64,000 bases of DNA from an uncultured Acidimicrobiia bacterium. GTDB lineage: Bacteria > Actinomycetota > Acidimicrobiia > Acidimicrobiales > AC-14. The stretch is from assembly GCA_963836205.1 (NCBI GenBank), contig CAWIIV010000012.1, positions 96,001 through 160,000 on the forward strand, written 5' to 3'. Made by a program: the position numbers and the translations under genes. Shown here piece by piece: positions 41,299 to 52,274 of the stretch; position 1 is the stretch's first letter, and every line of letters begins with the position of its first letter. Under the pieces are notes generated by a model. That model was not told the origin of the DNA and ran no database searches. It worked only from the letters and a program-made list of their open reading frames with translations.

Positions 41299-41447
<149 letters not shown>

Positions 41448-41555
41448 GTCTTGTTCTGTGCCTCTGACCTGGACTTTACGTCTTGGAGGCTCCCCGGACG
41501 ACGAGCCCACCCTTGCTGCCACTACATGCCGCGGTGGGTTTCGAGGAGGCGCTCG

Positions 41556-42480
41556 ATGCCCAAATCAGCGGTCACGGTCGCAAGCGTAAACGACATCCCT
41601 GCTCTGCAACGAGACTTCGAGCGGTCGCAGCGGGCCGCCCGCCGTTCGCCCCGCACGATCCAGACCTACCGGGAGGGCGGTCAGCCAACTCGCCGCGTTC
41701 CTGGAGCGGTCGGGGATGCCGACCGCGGTGACGTCGCTCCGCCGGGAGCACGTCGAGGCCTTCATGGACGAGCTGAACCAACGGACGAAGCCTGCCACCG
41801 CCTCCAACCGCTTCCGAGCGTTGCAGCAGTTCTTCAAGTTCCTCGAGGAGGAAGGTGGAGGTCGAGCGCTCGCCCATGGAGCGGATGCGCCGAACGACGG
41901 TGCCGGTGGAGCCGGTGCCCCTGCTGTCGACGGAGCAGCTCAAGGCATTGCTGGCCGCCTGCGAGGGCAACGACTTCGAGCCCCGGCGGGACACGGCCGT
42001 TGTGTCGGCTCTTCGTCGACACAGGCATGCGCCGGGCCGAGCTGCTCGGGTTGCGGGTGGCCGACATCGACTTTGACCAGGACGTCGCACTGGTAATGGG
42101 AAAGGGCCGCAAGCCGCGGACGTGCCCGTCCGAAAACAAGACCGGTTTGGCGTTGGGCCGGTACCTGCGACTGCGAGGTGGGTCACGCGTTTGCTGCTGA
42201 GGAGGCCCTATGGCTCGGCCGGCGCGGCCCGCTCACCGAGACGGGGCTCACCCAGATGCTGTGGCGCCGGGCCGAGCAGGCCGGGATCGGCAAGATCCAC
42301 CCCCACCAGTTCCGCCACACCTTCGCCCAAACCTGGCTGGCCCAGGGCGGCAACGAGGGCGATCGGGTGCGGCTCACGGGCTGGAGCGGCCGCGACATGC
42401 TGGCCTGCTTCGCCGCGTCGACCGCCGACGAGCGCGCCCGCGAGGCCCATCCAAAGCTCAGTCCGGGCGACCGGCTCTGA
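41556..42480 (+). pseudogene. Tyrosine recombinase/integrase pseudogene
   Basis: SPRTIQTY, DTGMRRAEL, GKGRK and HPHQFRH spread over about 4 frameshifts; catalytic Tyr position reads MLACF. Confidence 0.88.
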
Positions 42481-42524
42481 ACTCCCGGCGACACGATGCC
42501 GACGGGTCGTAGGCTCAATCCGAG

Positions 42525-42893
42525 ATGTCGACCGAGCCCTCCGAGCCAACGGTGGACGAATTGCTCCAGCGCGGTCGGCCTCTGCCTCCGTACGGCGAGA
42601 TGGTGATCGACGATCTCACCGAAGAGGAGGCTGAGGCATTCCTTGACGCCGTCAACGCTGACCAGCCAGCAGTGCCTGACACCGGTTTCGACTACGAGAT
42701 CTGGGTCGACGACCACATGATCGACGACGATGGGAACATCATCGCTCTGGTGAAGCACGCCCGGCCGGGCGTCGATCCGCAGGTTGGCAACGTGTTCATG
42801 GTCGGCGACGGCGAGCAGAAGCCGTTCCCGGCAAGGGTGATCGAGCGCACCCGCCACGGGCTCGTGATCCTTGCCGCCGACCCCGAAAGGTGA
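42525..42893 (+). CDS. Hypothetical protein
   Basis: 122-aa acidic ORF with plausible codon use. Confidence 0.5.
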   Translation: MSTEPSEPTVDELLQRGRPLPPYGEMVIDDLTEEEAEAFLDAVNADQPAVPDTGFDYEIWVDDHMIDDDGNIIALVKHARPGVDPQVGNVFMVGDGEQKPFPARVIERTRHGLVILAADPER

Positions 42894-42976
42894 GCCGTTG
42901 CGATTGCCACGGAACTGCCCACGATCGGATTACAAGCTTGTAGTCTGAGTGGCACCGGATCGACAGGAGTTATGGC

Positions 42977-43627
42977 GTGGCGTACCCAACGCATGTCGCA
43001 GCAGCGCTGAGCGGCGCTTCGCTCCGGCAGTTGCAGTACTGGCGGCAGCGCCGCAACGGCGAACCGCTCCTGGCTCCGGAGGCGCGCTCCGGCGGTCGAG
43101 TCCTCTATTCATTCCGCGACGTGATGGCGTTGCGGACCTTCGTGTACCTGCGCGAGCAACTGCCGCTCCAGCGCATCAGGAAGGCTGTCAGCAACCTGGG
43201 CCACCTCGGCGACGGGGAACACCTGTCCGCCTACCGCTTGTACGTCGCGGGCAGCTCGATCGTGTGGGCGGAGAGCGACGACAAGCTGGTCGACCTGGTC
43301 GAGATGCCCGGCCAGTACAAGCTGGCGGCCGAGATGCGAGATGTCGTCAAGCCGTTCACGAACCTCCAAGGCGCCGAGGTCGTCGACCTCTTGCGGCCAC
43401 GTCAGCGCCTCGAAGTCGATCCCGGCGTCCGCGGGGGATATCCCGTGGTCCTCGACACCCGCATCCCCTACGACATCATCGCGGGATTGGTGGCCGACGG
43501 CGTGCCGCCGGCGGAGGTGGCCTACTTCTATCCGCCGGTCGACGCCGGGGCTGCCGGCGATGCCTTCGACTTCCACCGCTACGTCGAGTCGTTGCGAGGG
43601 CGCGACGCCTCCGTCCCGGTGGCGTGA
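42977..43627 (+). CDS. MerR-like HTH + DUF433 protein (putative antitoxin)
   Basis: LSGASLRQLQYW..YSFRD; VDPGVRGGYPVVLDTRIP. Confidence 0.85.
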   Translation: MAYPTHVAAALSGASLRQLQYWRQRRNGEPLLAPEARSGGRVLYSFRDVMALRTFVYLREQLPLQRIRKAVSNLGHLGDGEHLSAYRLYVAGSSIVWAESDDKLVDLVEMPGQYKLAAEMRDVVKPFTNLQGAEVVDLLRPRQRLEVDPGVRGGYPVVLDTRIPYDIIAGLVADGVPPAEVAYFYPPVDAGAAGDAFDFHRYVESLRGRDASVPVA

Positions 43628-44058
43628 GGATCCTCTGCGACCAGGACGTTCCGGAACCTCTGGTCGAGCCGCTACGCCACCTGCTCCGGGGCGACCACAC
43701 CGTGGAGCACGTCAACCAGCTGCACTGGACGGGCAAGCAGGATCGCTTCGTGTACCCAGACGCCAGAGGGCGTGGCTACGACGTCATCCTGACGAACGAT
43801 GGCAACCAGCTCAACGACGCCGACGAGACGGACGCGATCAGGCGCTCGGGACTGCACCACGTCCGGTACCCTCACCGGCACCGGGGCATGAAGGGGTTGG
43901 CCCTCGCGATGGGCAGCATCCTCGCCGCCATGCCGGGTGTCGTCGAGGAGTTGGGTGTTGCCGATGGCCAACGCCTGGTGCGGATCGCGGCGATCAGCCC
44001 GCACGACCGATTCGATGTGGTCGACCCACGGCGAGACCCGCCCCGGTACTGGCGATGA
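43624..44058 (+). CDS. PIN-like toxin (DUF5615/VapC45-like)
   Basis: RILCDQDVP, GKQD, ILTNDG; GTGA coupling to the DUF433 gene. Confidence 0.75.
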   Translation: MRILCDQDVPEPLVEPLRHLLRGDHTVEHVNQLHWTGKQDRFVYPDARGRGYDVILTNDGNQLNDADETDAIRRSGLHHVRYPHRHRGMKGLALAMGSILAAMPGVVEELGVADGQRLVRIAAISPHDRFDVVDPRRDPPRYWR

Positions 44059-44109
44059 CCCACCGGCCACCGTAAGAGGGCCGTCTCGACGCGGCGCCGT
44101 TTGATCAGC

Positions 44110-44365
44110 GCTGAGTCGGACGCCGCCGTGCTCTGGAAAATCTCAGTGCGAGGGCCGTGAAGTACTCCTACTTGGCCGCCTCCATACGGCGCTGGCGTTC
44201 CGCCGGTGAGAGTCGACGGTCGGGATCGACTTCCCGCTCGAAGCGGGCCAAGAACGCGTCGCTGTCGCCGCCGCCTTCGTCGTCACGCAGGGGTCATGAG
44301 TGGCGTGGAGCTTGTACGCGGCGGCGCGAGCACGAAGGCTCCGGTGGGCGGGCGTCAGGTCGCCG
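44110..44365 (-). pseudogene. Remnant of a small mobile-element protein
   Basis: LTPAHRSLRAR..AFLARFEREVDPDRRLSPAERQRR..*EYFTALAL with a stop and frameshifts; family recognised from memory only. Confidence 0.5.
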
Positions 44366-44982
44366 CCTCGGGCGCTCGGTCCGGTCCCCCCTCGATGCCG
44401 AGCTCACGCCGCCAACTCCGGTTGGATCGCCAGGGCGATCGGAGGTCACGGCCCGGAATCCGGTCCGTCGAGTGCCAGCCCTGGTGATTCGAGGTACTGG
44501 GGACGGGAAGCGTGCCCGCCGCTCTGCCGATGTCGCTCGACCACGCGGATGCGACGTAGCCGATCGCCCCACGGGCGGTGGCGGCGTCACGGCCGGACGG
44601 GTCGATGACCCCGCGGGCGAACCGGGAGTGGCGCCGGATAGAGGGATCTTTGACGATCGATCCGGTTGCGGAGATGATCCAACGACTGCCCCCGGGCGCC
44701 GACGACTCAGCCAACCGTCGCCCTTGAGATCTGATCATGTGAACCGCTTGTTGAATCCCAGCGAGGATTCGCGAGAAAGTCCCTTGGGCACGGCAGGCGG
44801 AAACCACCGACAAGGCTCGACGAATATGCTTGTCCTCAGCGCCCTCGAGTCGATACGACTCGCGAGCGATACGCTGGGCGACCCACGCCGTCTGTCGCTC
44901 TATCCGCAAGAGGCGCAGTGGAATTCGGAAGCATGAGTAGCTTGGCGAGGCCCAAACCGATCGGCGGTGACGTCAGCTATGC

Positions 44983-45942
44983 TTGCCCCACATGTGTGGC
45001 ATTACACAAGAGCCGTTCGAGGAGGTCGTAGCGAAATTCGCGATAGTCGCCGCCGACGGGTCGACCCTCGGCATTCAGATGATGGATCAGACGGCGGGAC
45101 CGGTTCGGGGCAGCCCGATATGGACGTTGGACGCCCTGAGGGCGGCCGTCCCTCCGACGGCCTGGCTCGACTCCGATATTATGCTCTTGGCTAAGACATT
45201 ACGTGTCTACGTCGGCATTGCCGCTCTCCACCTCGGCGGCCTAAGCCGAATTCTCCGAGCTGGGCCGCCAATCGACCTCCACCCTCTTGTCAGTCTCGTG
45301 CGTAGCATTGCAGAAGCCACTGGAAAGGCGTGGTGGCAGGTCGAACCGTGGCTGGATGACGAGGGCGCAGCGGAGACGCTCCAGCCCGAAGAGTGGGAGC
45401 TACGGTCCCGGCCGATTCTGGCCAGGCTCGAGTTGACCCACCTGGACGAACTATGAGCGAGGCGGCGACGCGTAGAGGTCTCGAAGGGACGCTCGAGCAT
45501 GCAGTATGCCGAGGCCGACAAGGCAGTCGCTGCCATGCGCGCCGAACTCGTTCGGCGACATCCGTCGGGCGGCATGCAGCTTTCGGGAAAACGCAATGTT
45601 TGGCGGATCAATGGCGAATGTTTGCCTCCCATCATAGACCTGGTAATCGCTGCCACTGAGTACGCGTACGGTCAGCGCACCCGCGGCTCCGGCATCAATC
45701 CTTACCCGACGTACTCGGGGTTCGCGCACGCAAGCCTTGAGATCGTGTTAGCTCACGCTGGAGTTCGTGACGCCCCTTTATCAATCGCACTCGCCGCCAC
45801 AGACGAGGAGCTTCGTGGCGTTGTTAGTATCGCGATCCGGACATTCGCCGTTGCGTACGAGATCGCGGCGTCGGCGCTCGGAAACGATCTCAGTTCTCTG
45901 CGATCATGGGAAGCGCGGTGGGAAGGGTTGATCCGCGCATGA
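44983..45942 (+). pseudogene. DUF5677/HEPN-like protein interrupted by an in-frame TGA at 45454
   Basis: Two ORFs in the same frame; LVRSIAEA and YPTYSGFAH motifs. Confidence 0.45.
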
Positions 45943-46045
45943 CCGATCGCGAGCCATCTTCCGTATCTGTCCGCATATCGACGTGGGAGGCGTTAGCCTC
46001 CTCCTTTAGGGGTTGAAGTACGGGCGACAAGCGTTTGAATATTCA

Positions 46046-47481
46046 GGCTCTCCTGACCACGATGTGGATCAGGACGCCGCTTTCCAGACCACCCGCTCGT
46101 GCGGCAGCTTGATGTCGATGGGCCCGGCATCGAGCATGACGAGGGCCAGGGCCGCGTCGGCGGAATGGAACCCGTACGCCCTGCGGATGATGAGGCGGAC
46201 CTTGGTGTTGAAGCCCTCCACCCGGCCGTTGGAGATCCCGTGCTCGACGGCGTTGAGGATCATCCCCCGACGCTGGCGCATGGTCTTGGCCACCTTGACG
46301 AACGGCGCCAGCCGCGATCTCTGGGCTCGGGCGCACCACCGGTCGAGAAGCTCGCCCGCCTCGTCGCGGGTGAGGTCGCCGGCCAGGATGGCCCGGAACT
46401 GCTCCTTCATCTCATAGGCCCGCCACATCCGCCCCGGTTGCGTCGGATGCGCTTGAGCTGGGCGGCCTGGGTGGTGGTCAGGTCCTCGGGGTTCTTCAGC
46501 AGGGCCCACCGGGCTCCCTTGAAGTCCTTGGCCCAGCGGTCGTCGGGAAGCCGGCGCAGCTGGTTCCACAGGTCCCGGCGGACCTCGTCGAGAGCGTCGC
46601 CCACCAGGCACACGAGGTGGAACGGATCGGCGCACACGATGGCCTGGGGAGCGTGTCCCTCGGCCTTGACGCTCTTGAGGTAGGCCGGGCCCAGATCCAT
46701 GGAAATGGCGCTGAGCTGGGACGATCGCTCCGGCCCGAGCTCGTCGAAGAAGGCGTCGAGGGTCTTGGCGTCCTTGCCTTTGGCTCCCCAGACGACCCTG
46801 CCCCGGTCGTGGTCGACCACCAGCGTCAGGTAGCGGTGGTGCTTGCGCCAGGAGATCTCGTCGACCCCGATGCGGAACAGGCCGTCGAGGCGATGGTCGT
46901 CGAGCTCGCTCGCCACCACCCGTTCGCAGGCCCGTCCCACCGTCCGCCACGACACCCGGCACAGACGAGCGACCGCCGTGCGGTCCATCCTCGTCGCCAG
47001 CCACGCCAGCAGGTCGTCGAGGTCCCGGGTGAGGTTCGCCCCCGGCCGGGCGAAGGGGACGGCCTCCACCACCACGCCGTGGTCGGGGCAACGAAGACGG
47101 CGCAGGCTGGCCCGGACCTCCAGCCGCCAGGTGCCCAGGTCGAGGTGGCGCCACCACGACGGCGCCGGCCGGGTGTCGTAGCGGAACCGGGTCTTGAACC
47201 CGCAATGGGGGCAGACCAGCCGCCGCCGGCGCAGGGCCACGGTGACGATCACGATCGTGGTCAGGAACTCCACGGCGACGACGTTGACGTCGTCGAGCCG
47301 AAGGAGGCGCTTGAATGCGGTGGTGACGCGCACGGGTTGAGGACCTCCCGGTTCAGGGGTGTGAGAAGTCCGTGAACCTTGGCCCGGCCCGTGCGCGTCA
47401 CGTGGATACCGGAAGACCTGCTCAGCCAGCCACTACACGCCTGCCGGCTCCGATCCCATCCACACTTGGGTCAGGAGAGCC
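46046..47481 (-). mobile_element. ISL3-family insertion sequence (transposase 46069-47333, frameshift near 46430)
   Basis: Inverted repeats GGCTCTCCTGACC, 8-bp target duplication AATATTCA (46038-46045 and 47482-47489), CPHCG zinc finger, IGVDE, SMD, DPFH, SNGRVEG. Confidence 0.95.
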
Positions 47482-47553
47482 AATATTCAGCGGTAGCGAC
47501 GGTGGGCGCATGCATTCGGAAGAATTGACGTCTCCCTCACACCTGGAGTGTTA

Positions 47554-48819
47554 GGGTCCCTGTAGAAACAACTCGCGCGCGGTAGGCTGTCCGTGTGGAG
47601 TTCACCGAGGATGCGCTGGCGGACGCCTTCTCGGTGGTGCTGCCGCACCTCGACGAACGCCAGCGCCGGATCCTGACCGGCGCCATGGCCCGGGCGCTGG
47701 GGCGGGGCGGCGTGGCCGCGGTGGCCCGGGCGGCAGAGATGTCCCGCTCCACGGTGCAGACGGCGGCGAACGAGGTCGATGCCGGGATCGTCCCCTCGGT
47801 CCGGGTTCGTCGCCCGGGCGGGGGCCGCAAGAAGGCGATCGACAAAGGACCCGAACCTGTTGCTCGAGCTCGACGATCTGGTCTCGCCCGACACCCGGGG
47901 CGACCCCATGTCGCCGCTGCGCTGGACGCTCAAGTCGACCCGGGTCCTGGCCGAGGCCTTGCAGGCCAAGGGCTTCGAGATCAGCGCCAGCCTGGTCGGT
48001 CAGCTGTTGCACAAGATGGGCTACTCCCTGCAGGCCACGGCCAAGGTCACCGAGGGAGCCCAGCACCCCGACCGCAACGGCCAGTTCGAGTACCTCAACG
48101 CCCGGGTGAAGGAGTTCCTGGCTGCCGGAGCACCGGTGATCTCGGTCGACACGAAGAAGAAAGAGCTGGTGGGCAGCTACGCCAACGGTGGCCGGGAGTG
48201 GCAGCCCGAAGGTGAGCCGACCCGAGTCGACGTGCATGACTTCCCCGATCCGCAGATGCCCAAGGCCGTCCCCTACGGCGTGTACGACCTCGGTGCCGAC
48301 GAGGGCTGGGTCAACGTGGGCGACGACGGCGACACCGCCAAGTTCGCGGTGGAGTCGATCCGGCGGTGGTGGTATCGCATGGGAAAGCCGCGCTACCCGG
48401 AGGCGAAGAAGCTGCTGATCACCGCCGATGCCGGCGGGTCCAACGGCTACCGGGTACGGGCGTGGAAGACCGAGATGGGCCTCCTGGCGGCCGAGACTGG
48501 TCTCGAGATCACCGTCTGCCACTACCCGCCGGGGACCTCGAAATGGAATCGCATCGAGCACCGGCTGTTCAGCTTCATCACCATGAACTGGAGGGGCAAG
48601 CCTCTCACCACCTACCGGACCATCGTCGAGCTCATCGCCAACACCACCACCAGCAAGGGCCTCACCGTCCAGGCCGACAGGGACGAGGGCTACTACCCCC
48701 GAGGCGTCAAGGTCACCGACGAGCAACTCGCCGCCGTGCCGCTGCGCCCACACGATTGGCATGGCGAATGGAACTACACCGTGGCGACGTCACCGACCAA
48801 GTAGTTCCTACACAGGGCC
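47554..48819 (+). mobile_element. ISAzo13-family insertion sequence (transposase 47595-48804, frameshift near 47845)
   Basis: GDPMSPLRWT, HPDRNGQF, ISVDTKKKELVG, TADAGGSN, PPGTSKWN; imperfect 20-bp inverted repeats flanked by TTA. Confidence 0.92.
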
Positions 48820-48865
48820 TTAGCTTCTTTGGGAGAGGATCATGCCCGGGCCGGCGGCGGCGCGC

Positions 48866-48988
48866 ATGCGGGACCGGCTCGTCCATCACTACTACTTCGA
48901 CATCGACCTCGACGTCCTCTGGAGAACTGTCACGGAGGAGCTACCGGCGCTGCTGGACGTGCTTGCCGAGACGGACAACGAGGGCTGA
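48866..48988 (+). pseudogene. HepT/DUF86 (HEPN RNase) C-terminal fragment
   Basis: MRDRLVHHYYFDIDLDVLWRTVTEELPAL with RxxxxH; not in the supplied ORF track. Confidence 0.75.
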
Positions 48989-49078
48989 CTCCGCTTCTGG
49001 CGCCGATGGTGAGCCGGGTGGAGGCGGGCGGCTCGCAGTATCTACGCTCCTGGCTTTGGGCCCCGGTGCCTGCCGGGC

Positions 49079-49360
49079 GTGGCAGGGGGAGTGGGCTTGG
49101 GAATTCGCGGGGGGACGACGCTGGCGCAGGTCGTGGGCATGGCCGCACACCTGGCGGTCGGGGTTTTCTACCTGGCCATCGGGCTGGTCGTGCCCGGGCT
49201 GGTCATCCCCTTCTTCTGGGCGTTTTGGATCCTGCTGGCCGTGCTGGCGGTGAAGCACCGCCACGATGCGCGGTGGGTCCTGGCCACGCCGGTGGTGGCG
49301 GCGGTTGCGCTCTTCGTGGCGGTGTCGGTGGGGGAGGCAGTCTTCGGCTGGACTGCCTAG
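49079..49360 (+). CDS. Small membrane protein
   Basis: Three hydrophobic segments; start uncertain. Confidence 0.6.
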   Translation: MAGGVGLGIRGGTTLAQVVGMAAHLAVGVFYLAIGLVVPGLVIPFFWAFWILLAVLAVKHRHDARWVLATPVVAAVALFVAVSVGEAVFGWTA

Positions 49361-50022
49361 CCCGCCTTGGGCGTGAGCGGACGGTAGAGGAGCACCCGCC
49401 AGCCGCCGCTGGCCCTGTCCGAGGGGATGAAGTCGGGAAACAGCTTGAGGAAGCGGCATCCCGTGAGGCGCCGGTACATGGCCAGGGCGGGGTCGTGGAG
49501 GAACTCGTCGTCGGCCGGCATGGTGCCCGTCTCCAGGAACCGATCGATCATGCGCCGGGTCTGGGGACGGGCCTTGACCTGGGCGCTCCCGTTGAACGAG
49601 GGCAGTTGTCCGTCGGCCACTGCGTGCCTCAGGCCCACGGCCTCGCCCCGCCCGAAAGCCGATTCGATCAGATCCCGGACGAGGACGACCTGGCGGGCAG
49701 TGGGGAGGACGCCCAGGCTGTAGATGCAGACGGCGTTGGCGTCGGGCGGCACCGGCTGGTGGGAGTGGGCCGTGAACGTCGTCGGGTAGTCCGACGGGTC
49801 CTCGGGCGAGAAGCGGATGAACGAGAACGAGATCTGGCCGACCAGCCGTCCCGCCTCTTCGGGGCTGGTCAGGCGGGCCACCAGCATGTGGTGGCCGAGG
49901 GCGAAGCGGGCCAGCACGGTCTCTCGGCTGGCCTGCAGCTGGGGGTTGAAGGCCTTGACCTCCAACTCCATGATGCGGTCGACGTCGGCCGGCCCCGCGG
50001 CCACGATCTCGTAGTCACTCAT
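49357..50022 (-). CDS. GNAT-like protein
   Basis: ADVDRIMELEVKAF..QASRETVLARF, LVGQI, IYSLGVLP. Confidence 0.6.
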   Translation of the reverse strand: MSDYEIVAAGPADVDRIMELEVKAFNPQLQASRETVLARFALGHHMLVARLTSPEEAGRLVGQISFSFIRFSPEDPSDYPTTFTAHSHQPVPPDANAVCIYSLGVLPTARQVVLVRDLIESAFGRGEAVGLRHAVADGQLPSFNGSAQVKARPQTRRMIDRFLETGTMPADDEFLHDPALAMYRRLTGCRFLKLFPDFIPSDRASGGWRVLLYRPLTPKAG

Positions 50023-50032
50023 TTCGGCTCGC

Positions 50033-51436
50033 TCACACCAGCTCCGACCGGAAGTCCTCGAACTTGCCGCCCTTGCTGCGGGGGACCTCGGCCACGTAGG
50101 TGAACGTCACGTCGAAGCGGTGGCCGAGGGTGGCGGCCAGGTAGCCCCGCATGACGTCCTCCTCGTCCGGCCCGAGGGCGCGGGGGCAGACCAGCAGCAC
50201 CTCGAGCGCGGTGAGACTGCTCTGGATCACCTGGAACTGTTGCAGCGGCGGCAGGTCGGGTCCGCCGGCGGAAGTGAACTCGGCCGGGTCCCGGAGGTTG
50301 GGCCAGCGCTGGTCGCCGTCGGGGAGGGTCAACATGTTGCGCTGGCGGCCGAGCACGCGCGCCAGCACCGGCAGGCCCCGCCCGCACGGGCACGGCTCGC
50401 CCACCTCGGCGAAGTCGCCCAGCTCGTAGCGGAGCAGGGGCGTGGCGAAGTTGTGGAGGGTCGTCACCAGCACCCGTCCCACCTGCCCCGGCGAGCACGG
50501 CCGGCCCTCGTCGTCGACGATCTCCACCAGCAGGTTCTCCGCCTGCACGTGGTAGTGGTCGTGCTCGGGGCACTGGAGGGCGATGTAGCCCACCTCCTGG
50601 CTGGAGTACATGTCGACCAGGGGTACGTCCCAGGCGACCCGGCAGGCGTCCCGGGTCCGGGGCTCCAGGACCTCCCCGAACGTCCGCACTTCGAGCAGCC
50701 CCGGCAGCGCCTCCCCCCGCTCGGAGAAGTGGCGGGCCAGGGCGACCACGTTGGACGGGTAGGTGAGCAGGTACCCGGGTTGCTCCCGGGCCAGCCAGGC
50801 CGCCTGTTCCCGCACCGTGCGGTCGATGTCGAGGGTGGCGGCGGGGCCGGTGCGCAACACGCCGTCGGTGGCCGATCCCCAGTTGGCGGACGTGGCGCCG
50901 TCGACGGGAGGGGCGGCGGCGAGGGTGAACTGACGGACGACGGCCAGCTTGCGGGCGAAGTCCCGCCCGTGCCAGAGGTGGTCGCGGATCGTGAGCGCGG
51001 CCCAGAAGAGCTGGGTGAGGGCGGTACCCACCGTCTGCACCGGGCGCCCGGTGGACCCGGACGTCATCAGCGTGAACTGGGTGCCGTGCGTGGCCGGGAC
51101 GGCACTGCTGCGGACGGCGTCGCCCGCCTCCTGGAGCTCCGATCGGCGGAGGACGGGCATCCGTCCCCACTGCTCGGCGGTCAGCGGCTGGCCCTTCGAC
51201 CAGCCCATCTCCTGCAGTCGGGGCCCGTAGAACGGCACCGTCGCCGCCGCGTGCTCGACGACCGCAGCCAGCTGGCCCAGTTGGTGGCGGTGCATGGCCT
51301 CGGCCGGCCACCACTGCGACTGTTCGAGCTGGTAAAGCAGGCTGAAGACGAGCGCGGGCCGCACGTCGGGGACGACGGGCCAGCCGATCCCGGTCATCGT
51401 CGTCTCGATCGGGGGCACGGCGGGGGCGGGCGTCAC
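50033..51436 (-). CDS. Phenylacetate-CoA ligase (PaaK)-like adenylate-forming enzyme
   Basis: VPFY, TSGSTGRP, YPS, YSSQEVG, PLLRYELGD, CPCGRG, GKF. Confidence 0.85.
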   Translation of the reverse strand: MTPAPAVPPIETTMTGIGWPVVPDVRPALVFSLLYQLEQSQWWPAEAMHRHQLGQLAAVVEHAAATVPFYGPRLQEMGWSKGQPLTAEQWGRMPVLRRSELQEAGDAVRSSAVPATHGTQFTLMTSGSTGRPVQTVGTALTQLFWAALTIRDHLWHGRDFARKLAVVRQFTLAAAPPVDGATSANWGSATDGVLRTGPAATLDIDRTVREQAAWLAREQPGYLLTYPSNVVALARHFSERGEALPGLLEVRTFGEVLEPRTRDACRVAWDVPLVDMYSSQEVGYIALQCPEHDHYHVQAENLLVEIVDDEGRPCSPGQVGRVLVTTLHNFATPLLRYELGDFAEVGEPCPCGRGLPVLARVLGRQRNMLTLPDGDQRWPNLRDPAEFTSAGGPDLPPLQQFQVIQSSLTALEVLLVCPRALGPDEEDVMRGYLAATLGHRFDVTFTYVAEVPRSKGGKFEDFRSELV

Positions 51437-51655
51437 GTCAGGTCGAAGGCGTCGGGGAGGGCAACCGCGGGAGGTTACGTCGGCCGGGGGGACAGAAAAC
51501 ACGTCATTGACCAGGGCGGCGAACGTCTTTACCCTTCCCCGGGACTCGCCAAACCGGGTCCGGCGGGATTTTTTCGGGGGTCCCTCACACCAATGCGTCG
51601 AAGCAAGCTCCGTCCGCCCGGAATCAGGGCCAACGGAATCAGGGCCAGTGGTCGC

Positions 51656-52222
51656 GTGCACTACGAGGTGGCGGCCGTCGCCGCCGTGCTCGGCCTGGCC
51701 GTCTTCGGGCGTCCTCTCCTCGCCGGGGGACAGCCGGCGGACGAGGCCTTCGTCGTCCCTGCCGCCGCGGCCCTGATCGCCTCGCCCGCCCCGCCCCCCG
51801 CGGCACCGGCCGCCGCCCCGTCGCCCCCGGCCGCCGCGCCCGCGATCGACCCTCTCGCCTGGTTCGTCCCCGGGGGTCGCAACGGCGGCACCGAGAACCT
51901 GGCTGCGGCCCTGGCCAACATCGCCCTGGAGGGCAACGCCCCCCTCTACCTCAGCGACGGATGGGGCCGGACGTGGGGCTCGTCGACGTCCGACCACTAC
52001 GGCGGCAACACCACCGCCTGGGCCGCCGACCTGGCCGTGCGGGGAATCCAGCGGCCGACGCCCCAGACGGAGGAGGCGGCCCGGCGGGTGGCGGCCGCCC
52101 TCGGCCAGCCCGGGTGGACCGGTGGCGACCTCAAGGTGACGATCCAGGGCTACCGGTTCCAGGTCCTGTGGAAAGTCGCCGGTCATTTCAACCACGTCCA
52201 CGTCGGCGTCAAGAAGGTCTGA
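51656..52222 (+). CDS. Exported protein with an M15-like zinc peptidase motif
   Basis: N-terminal hydrophobic segment, Pro/Ala linker, SDH..AAD..HFNHVHVG. Confidence 0.55.
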   Translation: MHYEVAAVAAVLGLAVFGRPLLAGGQPADEAFVVPAAAALIASPAPPPAAPAAAPSPPAAAPAIDPLAWFVPGGRNGGTENLAAALANIALEGNAPLYLSDGWGRTWGSSTSDHYGGNTTAWAADLAVRGIQRPTPQTEEAARRVAAALGQPGWTGGDLKVTIQGYRFQVLWKVAGHFNHVHVGVKKV

Positions 52223-52274
52223 GCCCGCCCGGCATCCCTGGGTACCCCGCCGGGCCGCCTACACTTCTAAGCCC

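Noticed and set aside
45454-45456. Selenocysteine or read-through TGA
   Set aside because: No redox motif or evident SECIS; a nonsense change or error is simpler.
46420-47850. Programmed frameshifting in the ISL3 and ISAzo13 transposases
   Set aside because: These families are normally single-ORF and no convincing slippery site is present.
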